Positions 10,832 through 23,570 of a stretch of 33,644 nt of DNA are shown here, one piece after another (within the stretch, counting starts at the first letter, position 1; the number at the start of each line of letters is the position of its first letter). The notes under the pieces are model-generated. The model saw only the letters and a list, made by a program, of their open reading frames with translations, ran no database searches and was not told the DNA's origin. Source of the DNA: Nemertoderma westbladi (Eukaryota > Animalia > Xenacoelomorpha); contig JAUCBJ010003919.1 in NCBI GenBank assembly GCA_032718475.1, forward strand, positions 1 to 33,644, given 5' to 3'. The position numbers and the translations under genes were made by a program.

Positions 10832-11479
10832 CTGTAATTATAATTAATGCATTTTAACACGTTATCAGATTGAGCTTGTTGTGTACGCGATATAATGATG
10901 TGGCTTTGTGATTAACTGAACTAACATAATTAATTCACGATGTTGTCAGTTATAGATATTGATATTTGGATATAAAGTGAATGAAACGTGTAAAAGTGCT
11001 TGTATAAAACTACATTATTCGATTTACTATGAAACGAGAGCCTGAAAGTGAAATATTTAATTCGAATATGTCGTTTTTTTTCTAGTTTCTAGGTTTTATT
11101 AATTATTTCTGCCACATTTTGCGCCTTAAAATTACGATGCAATTCTACAATATTTCGGTTTCACTCACCTCTTGCAATACTACTCCGTTGTTTATATTTT
11201 ATGCGTTTTATAATTACTATTTGGACTTGGATTTGGGAAGTAGGAGTCGTATACCTGAAGTAAGATACATTATTCCGGGCGCAGGGTGGGGGGGGGGGGG
11301 GGGGGGGGGGTCTACTTATGATGTCTTATGGTCTACCAATTATTAGTAATTAAACACAATATGGAATAAGCGAGGTGAAGATACTATTCTAAAAATTACG
11401 GGCTGCATTTCCTGAAACTATTGCTAAGAATGGATGAGAGGAAAGCTGACGATTTTCTACTTTATCTTAAATCTGAATT

Positions 11480-11744
11480 TCCGAGACAGGGGGGGGGGGG
11501 GGGGGGGGGGAACTGGACGCAAAACCCGCCTTGGCGAATTAATATCCCGCCTCAATGTTAAATTCTCAATTTAGGGAAAGGAGCAGGTTATAGTGGCACG
11601 TTATTTTAACCAAAACAATAAACTAAACACAATAGAACAGGTTATAGTTTTATTTTTGAGAGTAATCAATCAGCTGTTATTTGCGTCGAATTTCCCCTGG
11701 AGAGGGATTAATTTTTATTGCGTCCAGTTTCCCCCCCTATCTGG
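11480..11744. mobile_element. MITE family B with a poly-G-containing TIR
   Basis: agacagg(G)n-aactggacgcaa versus ttgcgtccagtttccccccctatct; further copies at 28133-28346 and a diverged piece at about 650-745. Confidence 0.75.
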
Positions 11745-11880
11745 AATTTCCATAAACTTCTGATTTTCCTTTCTAATAATTGTTCACATTCAACATCAAA
11801 CATAAAGGTAAATATCTAAAAAACATTTTCATAGATAAAGTAGAAGTATCAAGAAATATTTGGTACTTTACAATATCGAC

Positions 11881-11997
11881 CTTATCATTATCATTAATAG
11901 AGGTACGTAAGTTCTGACCAATCACAGACGAGTTTAGACTGTCTTCGTAGAATACTTCAGGGCCGCAATGGCGGAATTTACTCCTTACAGAGACTGG
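11881..11997 (-). CDS. Tentative phase 0/0 linker exon between PDZ1 and PDZ2
   Basis: ttttctgttatag|PVSVRSKFRHCGPEVFYEDSLNSSVIGQNLRTSINDNDK; open frame and higher GC than the flanks. The donor is weak (AAG|GTCGAT at 11880 or ATT|GTAAAG at 11871). Confidence 0.45.
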
Positions 11998-12210
11998 CTA
12001 TAACAGAAAATTAGGAAAAGAATTTATAAGGGGAAATAATTCATAACAATATATTATAATGGGAAAGATATGATATTCCTGTTAGGGGATGTTGACTGTA
12101 GCGTTGGTCTACTATACTATATATATCTCCCATAGTTTATCGCACATCAATATCCTATGCCACAAATACCTGCAATTACAATGACGTAATATTCTATTTA
12201 TACTACTAAC

Positions 12211-12405
12211 CGCCAGTATTAGTTCCGGGTCTCTAGCCCTCGGTGTTGGTAGCAGTCTCTCTACCGTAAACTCCGCCCGGTTACCGCCCAGTCTGAGTAT
12301 CTGCAGGGCCTGTTGATGGAGGACATCGATGGTGGATATCCCGTTGATATTCAATACGACATCCCCTGGTTCCAGCATACCCGCCGCAGGTCCGGAGTTC
12401 AGAAC
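12211..12405 (-). CDS. TJP1: ZO-1-like exon: second half of PDZ1
   Basis: ctctag|VLNSGPAAGMLEPGDVVLNINGISTIDVLHQQALQILRLGGNRAEFTVER...LA|GTTAGT; 195 nt, phase 0/0; continues PDZ1 from the previous exon. Confidence 0.88.
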
Positions 12406-12427
12406 CTAGAGTATTAAATAAAAATGA

Positions 12428-15400
12428 ATAAAACTAGGTCCAACACAACCTGAAAGTATAAAACTGGGCCCAACACAACCTGAAAGTATAAAACTGGGTT
12501 CAACACAAACTGAAATATAAAACTAGGTTCAACACAAACTGAAAGTATAAAACTAGGTCCAACACAAACTGAAAGTATAAAACTAGGTCCAACACAAACT
12601 GAAAGTATAAAACTAGGTCCAACACAAACTCAAAGTATAAAACTAGGTCCAACACAAACTGACAGTATAAAACTGTGTCCAACACAAACTGAAAGTATAA
12701 AACTAGGTCCAACACAAACTGAAATATAAAACTAGGTTCAACACAAACTGTAAGTATAAAACTAGGTCCAACACAAACTGACAGTATAAAACTGGGTCCA
12801 ACACAAACTGAAAGTATAAAACTAGGTCCAACACAAACTGAAAGTATAAAACTAGGTCCAACACAAACTCAAAGTATAAAACTAGGTCCGACACAAACTG
12901 AAAGTATAAAACTAGGTGAAACACATACTGAAAGTATACAATTAGGTTCAACACAAACTGAAAGTATAAAATTAGGTTCAACACAAACTGAAAGTATAAA
13001 ACTAGGTCCAACACAAACTGAAATATAAAACTAGGTCCAACACAAACTGAAAGTATAAAACTATGTCCAACACAAACTGTAATAATAAAACTAGGTCCAA
13101 CACAAACTAAAAGTATAAAACTAGGTCCAACACAAACTGAAAGTATAAATCTAGGTACAACACAAACTGAAAGTATAAAAACTAGGTCCAACACAAACTG
13201 AAAGTATAAAACTAGATCCAACACAAACTGAACGTATAAAACTAGGTCCAACACAAACTGAAAGTATAAAACTAAGTCCAACACAAACTGAAAGCATAAA
13301 ACTAGGTTCAACATAAACTGAAAGTATACAACTAGGTTCAACACAAACTGAAAGTATAAAACTAAGTCCAACACAAACTGAAATATAAAACTAGGTTCAA
13401 CACAAACTGAAAGTATAAAACTAGGTCCAACACAAACTGTAATAATAAAACTAGGTCCAACACAAACAAAAAGTATAAAACTAGGTCCAACACAAACTGA
13501 AAGCATAAATCTAGGTACAACACAAACTGAAAGTATAAAACTAGGTCCAACACAAACTGAAAGTATAAAACTAGGTCCAACACAAACTGAAAGTATAAAA
13601 CTAGGTCCAACACAAACTCAAAGTATAAAACTAGGTCCGACACAAACTGAAAGTATAAAACTAGGTGAAACACATACTGAAAGTATAAAATTAGGTTCAA
13701 CACAAACTGAAAGTATAAAACTGGGTCCAACACAAACTGAAAGTATAAAACTAGGTCCAACACAAACTAAAAGTATAAAACTGGGTCCAACACAAACTGA
13801 AAGTATAAAACTAGGTCCAACACAAACTGAAAGTATAAAACTAGGTCCAACACAAACTCAAAGTATAAAACTAGGTCCGACACAAACTGAAAGTATAAAA
13901 CTAGGTGAAACACATACTGAAAGTATAAAATTAGGTTCAACACAAACTGAAAGTATAAAATTAGGTTCAACACAAACTGAAAGTATAAAACTAGGTCCAA
14001 CACAAACTGAAATATAAAACTAGGTCCAACACAAACTGAAAGTATAAAACTAGGTCCAACACAAACTGTAATAATAAAACTAGGTCCAACACAAACTAAA
14101 AGTATAAAACTAGGTCCAACACAAACTGAAAGTATAAATCTAGGTACAACACAAACTGAAAGTATAAAAACTAGGTCCAACACAAACTGAAAGTATAAAA
14201 CTAGATCCAACACAAACGGAAAGTATAAAACTAGGTCCAACACAAACTGAAAGTATAAAACTAAGTCCAACACAAACTGAAAGTATAAAACTAGGTTCAA
14301 CATAAACTGAAAGTATACAACTAGGTTGAACACAAACTGAAAGTATAAAACTAGGTCCAACACAAACTGAAATATAAAACTAGGTTCAACACAAACTGAA
14401 AGTATAAAACTAGGTCCAACACAAACTGAAATATAAAACTAGGTCCAATACAAACTGAAAGTATAAAACTAGGTCCAACACAAACTGTAATAATAAAACT
14501 AGGTCCAACACAAACTAAAAGTATAAAACTAGGTCCAACACAAACTGAAAGTAAAAATCTAGGTACAACACAAACTGAAAGTATAAAAACTAGGTCCAAC
14601 ACAAACTGAAAGTATAAAACTAGGTCCAACACAAACTGAAAGTATAAAACTAGGTCCAACACAAACTAAAAGTATAAAACTAGGTCCACCAAAACTGAAA
14701 GTATAAAACTAGGTCCAACACAAACTGAAAGTATAAAATTAGGTTCAACACAAATGAAAGTATAAAACTAGGTTCAACACAAACTGAAAGTATAAAACTA
14801 GGTGAAACACATACTGAAAGTATAAAATTAGGTTCAACACAAACTGAAAGTATAAAATTAGGTTCAACACGAACTGAAAGTATAAAACTAGGTCTGACAC
14901 AAACTGAATGTATAAAACTAGGTGAAACACATACTGAAAGTATAAAATTAGGTTCAACACAAACTGAAAGTATAAAATTAGGTTCTCAACAGAAACTGAA
15001 AGTATAAAACTAGGTTCAACACAACCTGAAAGTATAAAACTTGGTCCAACACAAACTGAAATATAAAACTAGGTTCAACACAAACTGAAAGTATAAAACA
15101 GGGTCCAACACAAACTGAAAGTATAAAACTAGGTCCAACACAAACTGAAAGTATAAAACTAGGTTCAACACAAACTGAAAGTATAAAACTAGGTTCAACA
15201 CAAATGAAAGAATAAAACTAGGTCCAACACAAACTGAAATATAAAACTAGGTCCAACACAAACTGAAAGTATAAAACTAGGTCCAACACAAACTGTAATA
15301 TTAAAACTAGGTCCAACATAAACTAAAAGTATAAAACTAGGTCCAACACAAACTGAAAGTATAAATCTAGGTACAACACAAACTGAAAGTATAAAAACTA

Positions 15401-18400
15401 GGTTCAACACAAACTGAAAGTATAAAACTAGGTCCAACACAAACTGAAATATAAAACTAGGTCCAACACAAACTGAAAGTATATAACTAGGTCCAACACA
15501 AACTGTAATAATAAAACTAGGTCCAACACAAACTAAAAGTATACAACTGGGTCCAACACAAACTGAAAGTATAAAACTAAATCCAACAACACAAACTGAA
15601 AGTATAAAACTAGTTTCAACACAAACTGAAAGTATAAAACTAGGTCCAACACAAACTGAAATATAAAACTAGGTTCAACACAAACTGAAAGTATAAAACT
15701 AGGTCCAACACAAACTGAAATATAAAACTAGGTCCAACACAAACTGAAAGTATAAAACTAGGTCCAACACAAACTGTAATAAGAAAACTAGGTCCAACAC
15801 AAACTAAAAGTATAAAACTAGGTCCAACACAAACTGAAAGTATAAATCTAGGTACAACACAAACTGAAAGTATAAAAACTAGGTCCAACACAAACTGAAA
15901 GTATAAAACTAGGTCCAACACAAACTGAAAGTATAAAACTAGGTCCAACACAAACTAAAAGTATAAAACTAGGTCCAACACAAACTAAAAGTATAAAACT
16001 AGGTCCAACACAAACTGAAAGTATAAAACTAGGTTCAACACAAATGAAAGTTTAAAACTAGGTCCAACACAAACTGACAGTATAAAACTGGGTCCAACAC
16101 AAACTGAAAGTATAAAACTAGGTCCAACACAAACTGAAAGTATAAAACTAGGTCCAACACAAACTGAAAGTATAAAACTAGGTCCGACACAAACTGAAAG
16201 TATAAAACTAGGTGAAACACAAACTGAAAGTATAAAATTAGGTTCAACACAAACTGAAAGTATAAAATTAGGTTCTCAACACAAACTGAAAGTATAAAAC
16301 TAGGTCCAACACAAACGGAAAGGATAAAAATAGGTTCAACACAAACTGAAAGAATATAACTAGGTCCAGCACAAACTGAAAGTATAAAACTGGGTCCAAC
16401 ACAAACTGAAAGTATAAAACTAAGTCCAACACAAACTGAAAGTATAAAACTAGGTCCAACACAAACTGAAAGTATAAAACTAGGTCCAACACAAACTGTA
16501 ATAATAAAACTAGGTCCAACACAAACTAAAAGTATAAAACTAGGTCCAACACAAACTGAAAGTATAAATCTAGGTACAACACAAACTGAAAGTATAAAAA
16601 CTAGGTCCAACACAAACGGAAAGTATAAAACTAGGTTCAACACAAACTGAAAGTATAAAACTAGGTCCAACACAAACGGAAAGTATAAAACTAGGTCCAA
16701 CACAAACTGAAAGTATAAAGCTAGGTCCAACACAAACTAAAAGTATAAAACTAGGTCCAACACAAACTAAAAGTATAAAACTAGGTCCAACACAAACTGA
16801 AAGTATAAAACTAGGTCCAACACAAACTGAAAGTATAAAACTAGGTCCAACACAAACGGAAAGTATAAAACTAGGTCCAACACAAACGGAAAAGTATAAA
16901 ACTAAGTTCAACACGAACTGAAAGTATAAAACTAGGTCCAACACAAACTAAAAGTATAAAAGTAGGTCCAACACAAACTGAAAGTATAAATCTAGGTACA
17001 ACACAAACTGAAAGTATAAAAACTAGGTCCAACACAAACGGAAAGTATAAAACTAGGTTCAACACAAACTGAAAGTATAAAACTAGGTCCAACACAAACT
17101 GAAATATAAAACTAGGTTCAACACAAACTGAAAGTATAAAACTAGGTCCAACACAAACTGAAATATAAAACTAGGTCCAATACAAACTGAAAGTATAAAA
17201 CTAGGTCCAACACAAACTGTAATAATAAAACTAGGTCCAACACAAACTAAAAGTATAAAACTAGGTCCAACACAAACTGAAAGTAAAAATCTAGGTACAA
17301 CACAAACTGAAAGTATAAAAACTAGGTCCAACACAAACTGAAAGTATAAAACTAGGTCCAACACAAACTGAAAGTATAAAACTAGGTCCAACACAAACTA
17401 AAAGTATAAAACTAGGTCCAACAAAACTGAAAGTATAAAACTAGGTCCAACACAAACTGAAAGTATAAAATTAGGTTCAACACAAATGAAAGTATAAAAC
17501 TAGGTTCAACACAAACTGAAAGTATAAAACTAGGTGAAACACATACTGAAAGTATAAAATTAGGTTCAACACAAACTGAAAGTATAAAATTAGGTTCAAC
17601 ACGAACTGAAAGTATAAAACTAGGTCTGACACAAACTGAATGTATAAAACTAGGTGAAACACATACTGAAAGTATAAAATTAGGTTCAACACAAACTGAA
17701 AGTATAAAATTAGGTTCTCAACACAAACTGAAAGTATAAAACTAGGTTCAACACAACCTGAAAGTATAAAACTAGGTCCAACACAAACTGAAATATAAAA
17801 CTAGGTTCAACACAAACTGAAAGTATAAAACAGGGTCCAACACAAACTGAAAGTATAAAACTAGGTCCAACACAAACTGAAAGTATAAAACTAGGTTCAA
17901 CACAAACTGAAAGTATAAAACTAGGTTCAACACAAATGAAAGAATAAAACTAGGTCCAACACAAACTGAAATATAAAACTAGGTCCAACACAAACTGAAA
18001 GTATAAAACTAGGTCCAACACAAACTGTAATATTAAAACTAGGTCCAACATAAACTAAAAGTATAAAACTAGGTCCAACACAAACTGAAAGTATAAATCT
18101 AGGTACAACACAAACTGAAAGTATAAAAACTAGGTTCAACACAAACTGAAAGTATAAAACTAGGTCCAACACAAACTGAAATATAAAACTAGGTCCAACA
18201 CAAACTGAAAGTATATAACTAGGTCCAACACAAACTGTAATAATAAAACTAGGTCCAACACAAACTAAAAGTATACAACTGGGTCCAACACAAACTGAAA
18301 GTATAAAACTAAATCCAACAACACAAACTGAAAGTATAAAACTAGGTTCAACACAAACTGAAAGTATAAAACTAGGTCCAACACAAACTGAAATATAAAA

Positions 18401-21400
18401 CTAGGTTCAACACAAACTGAAAGTATAAAACTAGGTCCAACACAAACTGAAATATAAAACTAGGTCCAACACAAACTGAAAGTATAAAACTAGGTCCAAC
18501 ACAAACTGTAATAAGAAAACTAGGTCCAACACAAACTAAAAGTATAAAACTAGGTCCAACACAAACTGAAAGTATAAATCTAGGTACAAAACAAACTGAA
18601 AGTATAAAAACTAGGTCCAACACAAACTGAAAGTATAAAACTAGGTCCAACACAAACTGAAATATAAAACTAGGTCCAACACAAACTGAAAGTATATAAC
18701 TAGGTCCAACACAAACTGAAAGTATAAAACAGGGTCCAACACAAACTGAAAGTATAAAACTAGGTCCAACACAAACTGAAAGTATAAAACTAGGTTCAAC
18801 ACAAACTGAAAGTATAAAACTAGGTTCAACACAAATGAAAGAATAAAATTAGGTCCAACACAAACTGAAATATAAAACTAGGTCCAACACAAACTGAAAG
18901 TATAAAACTAGGTCCAACACAAACTGTAATATTAAAACTAGGTCCAACATAAACTAAAAGTATAAAACTAGGTCCAACACAAACTGAAAGTATAAATCTA
19001 GGTACAACACAAACTGAAAGTATAAAAACTAGGTTCAACACAAACTGAAAGTATAAAACTAGGTCCAACACAAACTGAAATATAAAACTAGGTCCAACAC
19101 AAACTGAAAGTATATAACTAGGTCCAACACAAACTGTAATAATAAAACTAGGTCCAACACAAACTAAAAGTATACAACTGGGTCCAACACAAACTGAAAG
19201 TATAAAACTAAATCCAACAACACAAACTGAAAGTATAAAACTAGGTTCAACACAAACTGAAAGTATAAAACTAGGTCCAACACAAACTGAAATATAAAAC
19301 TAGGTTCAACACAAACTGAAAGTATAAAACTAGGTCCAACACAAACTGAAATATAAAACTAGGTCCAACACAAACTGAAAGTATAAAACTAGGTCCAACA
19401 CAAACTGTAATAAGAAAACTAGGTCCAACACAAACTAAAAGTATAAAACTAGGTCCAACACAAACTGAAAGTATAAATCTAGGTACAAAACAAACTGAAA
19501 GTATAAAAACTAGGTCCAACACAAACTGAAAGTATAAAACTAGGTCCAACACAAACTGAAAGTATAAAACTAGGTCCAACACAAACTAAAAGTATAAAAC
19601 TAGGTCCAACACAAACTAAAAGTATAAAACTAGGTCCAACACAAACTGAAAGTATAAAACTAGGTTCAACACAAATGAAAGTTTAAAACTAGGTCCAACA
19701 CAAACTGACAGTATAAAACTGGGTCCAACACAAACTGAAAGTATAAAACTAGGTCCAACACAAACTGAAAGTATAAAACTAGGTCCAACACAAACTGAAA
19801 GTATAAAACTAGGTCCGACACAAACTGAAAGTATAAAACTAGGTGAAACACAAACTGAAAGTATAAAATTAGGTTCAACACAAACTGAAAGTATAAAACT
19901 AGGTGAAACACAAACTGAAAGTATAAAATTAGGTTCAACACAAACTGAAAGTATAAAATTAGGTTCTCAACACAAACTGAAAGTATAAAACTAGGTCCAA
20001 CACAAACGGAAAGGATAAAAATAGGTTCAACACAAACTGAAAGAATATAACTAGGTCCAGCACAAACTGAAAGTATAAAACTGGGTCCAACACAAACTGA
20101 AAGTATAAAACTAAGTCCAACACAAACTGAAAGTATAAAACTAGGTCCAACACAAACTGAAAGTATAAAACTAGGTCCAACACAAACTGTAATAATAAAA
20201 CTAGGTCCAACACAAACTAAAAGTATAAAACTAGGTCCAACACAAACTGAAAGTATAAATCTAGGTACAACACAAACTGAAAGTATAAAAACTAGGTCCA
20301 ACACAAACGGAAAGTATAAAACTAGGTTCAACACAAACTGAAAGTATAAAACAAGGTCCAACACAAACGGAAAGTATAAAACTAGGTTCAACACAAACTG
20401 AAAGTATAAAACTAGGTCCAACACAAACTGAAAGTATAAAACTAGGTACAGCACAAACTAAAAGTATAAAACTAGGTCCAACACAAACGGAAAGTATAAA
20501 ATTATGTTCAACACAAACTGAAAGCTTAAAACTAGGTTCAACACAAACTGAAAGTATAAAACTAGGTCCAACACAAACTGAAAGTATAAAACTAGGTCCA
20601 AAACAAACTGAAAGTATAAAACTAGGTCCAACACAAACTGAAAGTATAAAGCTAGGTCCAACACAAACTAAAAGTATAAAACTAGGTCCAACACAAACTA
20701 AAAGTATAAAACTAGGTCCAACACAAACTGAAAGTATAAAACTAGGTCCAACACAAACTGAAAGTATAAAACTAGGTCCAACACAAACGGAAAGTATAAA
20801 ACTAGGTCCAACACAAACGGAAAAGTATAAAACTAAGTTCAACACGAACTGAAAGTATAAAACTAGGTCCAACACAAACTAAAAGTATAAAACTAGGTCC
20901 AACACAAACTGAAAGTATAAATCTAGGTACAACACAAACTGAAAGTATAAAAACTAGGTCCAACACAAACGGAAAGTATAAAACTAGGTTCAACACAAAC
21001 TGAAAGTATAAAACTAGGTCCAACACAAACGGAAAGTATAAAACTAGGTTCAACACAAACTGAAAGTATAAAACTAGGTCCAACACAAACTGAAAGTATA
21101 AAACTAGGTACAGCACAAACTAAAAGTATAAAACTAGGTCCAACACAAACGGAAAGTATAAAATTATGTTCAACACAAACTGAAAGTATAAAACTAGGTT
21201 CAACACAAACTGAAAGTATAAAACTAGGTCCAACACAAACTGAAAGTATAAAACTAGGTCCAAAACAAACTGAAAGTATAAAACTAGGTCCAACACAAAC
21301 TGAAAGTATAAAGCTAGGTCCAACACAAACTAAAAGTATAAAACTAGGTCCAACACAAACTAAAAGTATAAAACTAGGTCCAACACAAACTGAAAGTATA

Positions 21401-21896
21401 AAACTAGGTCCAACACAAACTGAAAGTATAAAACTAGGTCCAACACAAACGGAAAGTATAAAACTAGGTCCAACACAAACGGAAAAGTATAAAACTAAGT
21501 TCAACACAAACTGAAAGTATAAAACTAGGTCCAACACAAACGGAAAGCATAAAACTAGGTTCAACAGAAACTGAAAGTATAAAACTAGGTCCAACACAAA
21601 CTGAAAGTATAAAACTAGGTCCAACACAAACTAAAAGTATAAAACTAGGTCCAACATAAACGGAAAGTATAAATCTAGGTCCAACACAAACTAAAAGTAT
21701 AAAACTAGGTCCAACACAAACTGAAAGTATAAAACTAGGTCCAACACAAACTAAAAGCATAAAACTAGGTTCAACACAAACTGAACGTATAAAACAGGGT
21801 CCAACAAAAACTGAAAGTATAAAACTGGGTCCAACACAAACTGAAAGAACAAAACTAGGTCCAACACAAACTGAAAGTATAAAACTATGTACAACA
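12428..21896. repeat. 9.5-kb 30-bp satellite (ctgaaagtataaaactaggtccaacacaaa), roughly 315 copies, filling the intron that splits PDZ1
   Basis: 30-bp periodicity with 29/31/32-bp variants; variant blocks recur at 2732, 899 and 662 bp offsets. Confidence 0.98.
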
Positions 21897-21943
21897 AGTA
21901 GACCAGCTGTATAAACATCTCAGAATGACCTAACTAAACTCAC

Positions 21944-22197
21944 TTTGGATATTTTCAGTTGTGGTTCATCCTCTACGTCTCTGCCACCTTGCATAGCAAC
22001 TCCGTATCCATGGGTACTGCTCCTCTCTATGGATACTCGAAGCGTTTCCATGCCGACCTGGCGGTATCCGGTGTTGTACTCCAGACCGTTACAGGATCGG
22101 TTCAAGGAATTCCTCTTAACCTCTCGCTTTGGTTTATTTCGGTTAAGGGTCTGCGTGGTTGGTTGCCAGGTGTCGTCAAATTTCGTCCCAATACTGA
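21944..22197 (-). CDS. TJP1: ZO-1-like exon: N-terminal region and first half of PDZ1
   Basis: ETLRVSIERSSTHGYGVAMQGGRD...LKISK resembles ZO-1 PDZ1 (GFGIAISGGRD); donor AAA|GTGAGT at 21943, phase 0. The acceptor is uncertain (22204, 22197 or 22193). Confidence 0.85.
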
Positions 22198-22301
22198 CTA
22201 ACCCCTTGCGGGATAAGAAATCAAATACGGGTATAATATTCATATTGCGATGTAAGTATAATAATAGCAGCTTACAGACGATAAAACAAACAAACAATTA
22301 C

Positions 22302-22314
22302 CTGTGTATGTGTT
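22302..22314 (-). CDS. Tentative 13-nt micro-exon of the ZO-1-like gene
   Basis: tcttttgttag|AACACATACACAG|gtaatt; frame is restored if the next acceptor used is 22193. Confidence 0.3.
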
Positions 22315-23570
22315 CTAACAAAAGACTGTCATTGTAGTAATACCGGTAGCAGTTTAGGAAAAATAAAACATTAAGATTAAAAACAGTATCAAATTAAATC
22401 AATTCAATTTCAGGAAACGGCAATGATAACCAATACTTGGAAACAAAACCACTAATCATCAAACTTTATCAACTAAATTGAATTGTATTCTTTATATTAA
22501 ATGTAAGAAAGTATGTTTTATAAATTAATAGACCTTCACACATTTTACAATACCTAGAAGTTATAATACTTTCTCAAAGAATCTCACGTGAACTGCTAAT
22601 GAATGACGACTATTTAGTAAGTGAACAGTATTGTTTAAAATAAAGGGCCATTGTGTTGTATTGGGGGCTACAAGCTTTACTATTGGCTAGCAAAGTTAGA
22701 AGATTTACATGTGAATACCAAGTGTGGTACAGGCCCTATACTTGAAGAATAGCGGCCAATTATTATGTACCTACGGAAGGGGAGACCAGAATACAATAAT
22801 GAAAACACAATAACAGCGCCCATATTCAGTAATAGGTATAGGAGATGGTCTCAACCCCCATAACTTTCGCTTTTTCCTAAACAATGAATTTGTGTCTGGG
22901 ACAGTTACCTACAAACGGAATTGCCTTTAGGGCTTGAGTGAGATTCAATGTTTATTACCAATTCTAACAAAGTAATTATTGGTTGCTTAAGACACCAAAG
23001 GTAGTCAGTCTATTTACCTGTATGTTGCTATTTTATACAGCTTAGTTGCCCAGCTTAGACGCCATTACAAATAGATAGATATAAATAAGTTGGTGGTACG
23101 GGTGTGATTAATCATAAATTGTCTGACTAAGAAAAGTTCGGCCAGGTAACAAGGAAATGTCTATGAATAGAAACATTTATTCGGTTTTTCTCACTAATAT
23201 TTTTAAAAGTGAGTGAATTAAATCTAACTTTTTTCACTAAATTTTTCGACAATGTAATTTGGACTACATGCTGCGTTTTTTTGAGGAAGGTGATCGATTT
23301 GCAGTTCTCCTGTCTGCCGGTAGAGATGTCTGAAAGTTAAAACTTTTTCCCGTTTCCTTGATTTTAATCCGTTTAAGCGAAAACTTGGCATATATCTAAT
23401 AGAGAACTGGCTACGGTTTTGTGGGATGGTACACCATATACACGTCTAAAGTTTTTTCCGCTAGAGGGCGAAATATATGAAAAATAAAACCTTATCTAAT
23501 TTCGTTATTTGTTATCCGTTTAAGCTGAAACTTAGCAGATAGATATACATGCTAGACCGTAGACCACATG

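Noticed and set aside
12500-21760. Many hydrophobic ORFs (VLDLVLYFQF, VCVGPSFILS)
   Set aside because: Translations of the 30-bp satellite with frequent frameshifts; they lie in an intron flanked by the two halves of PDZ1.
21945-22337. Plus-strand ORFs of 130 and 80 aa
   Set aside because: Antisense shadows of the PDZ1 exon.
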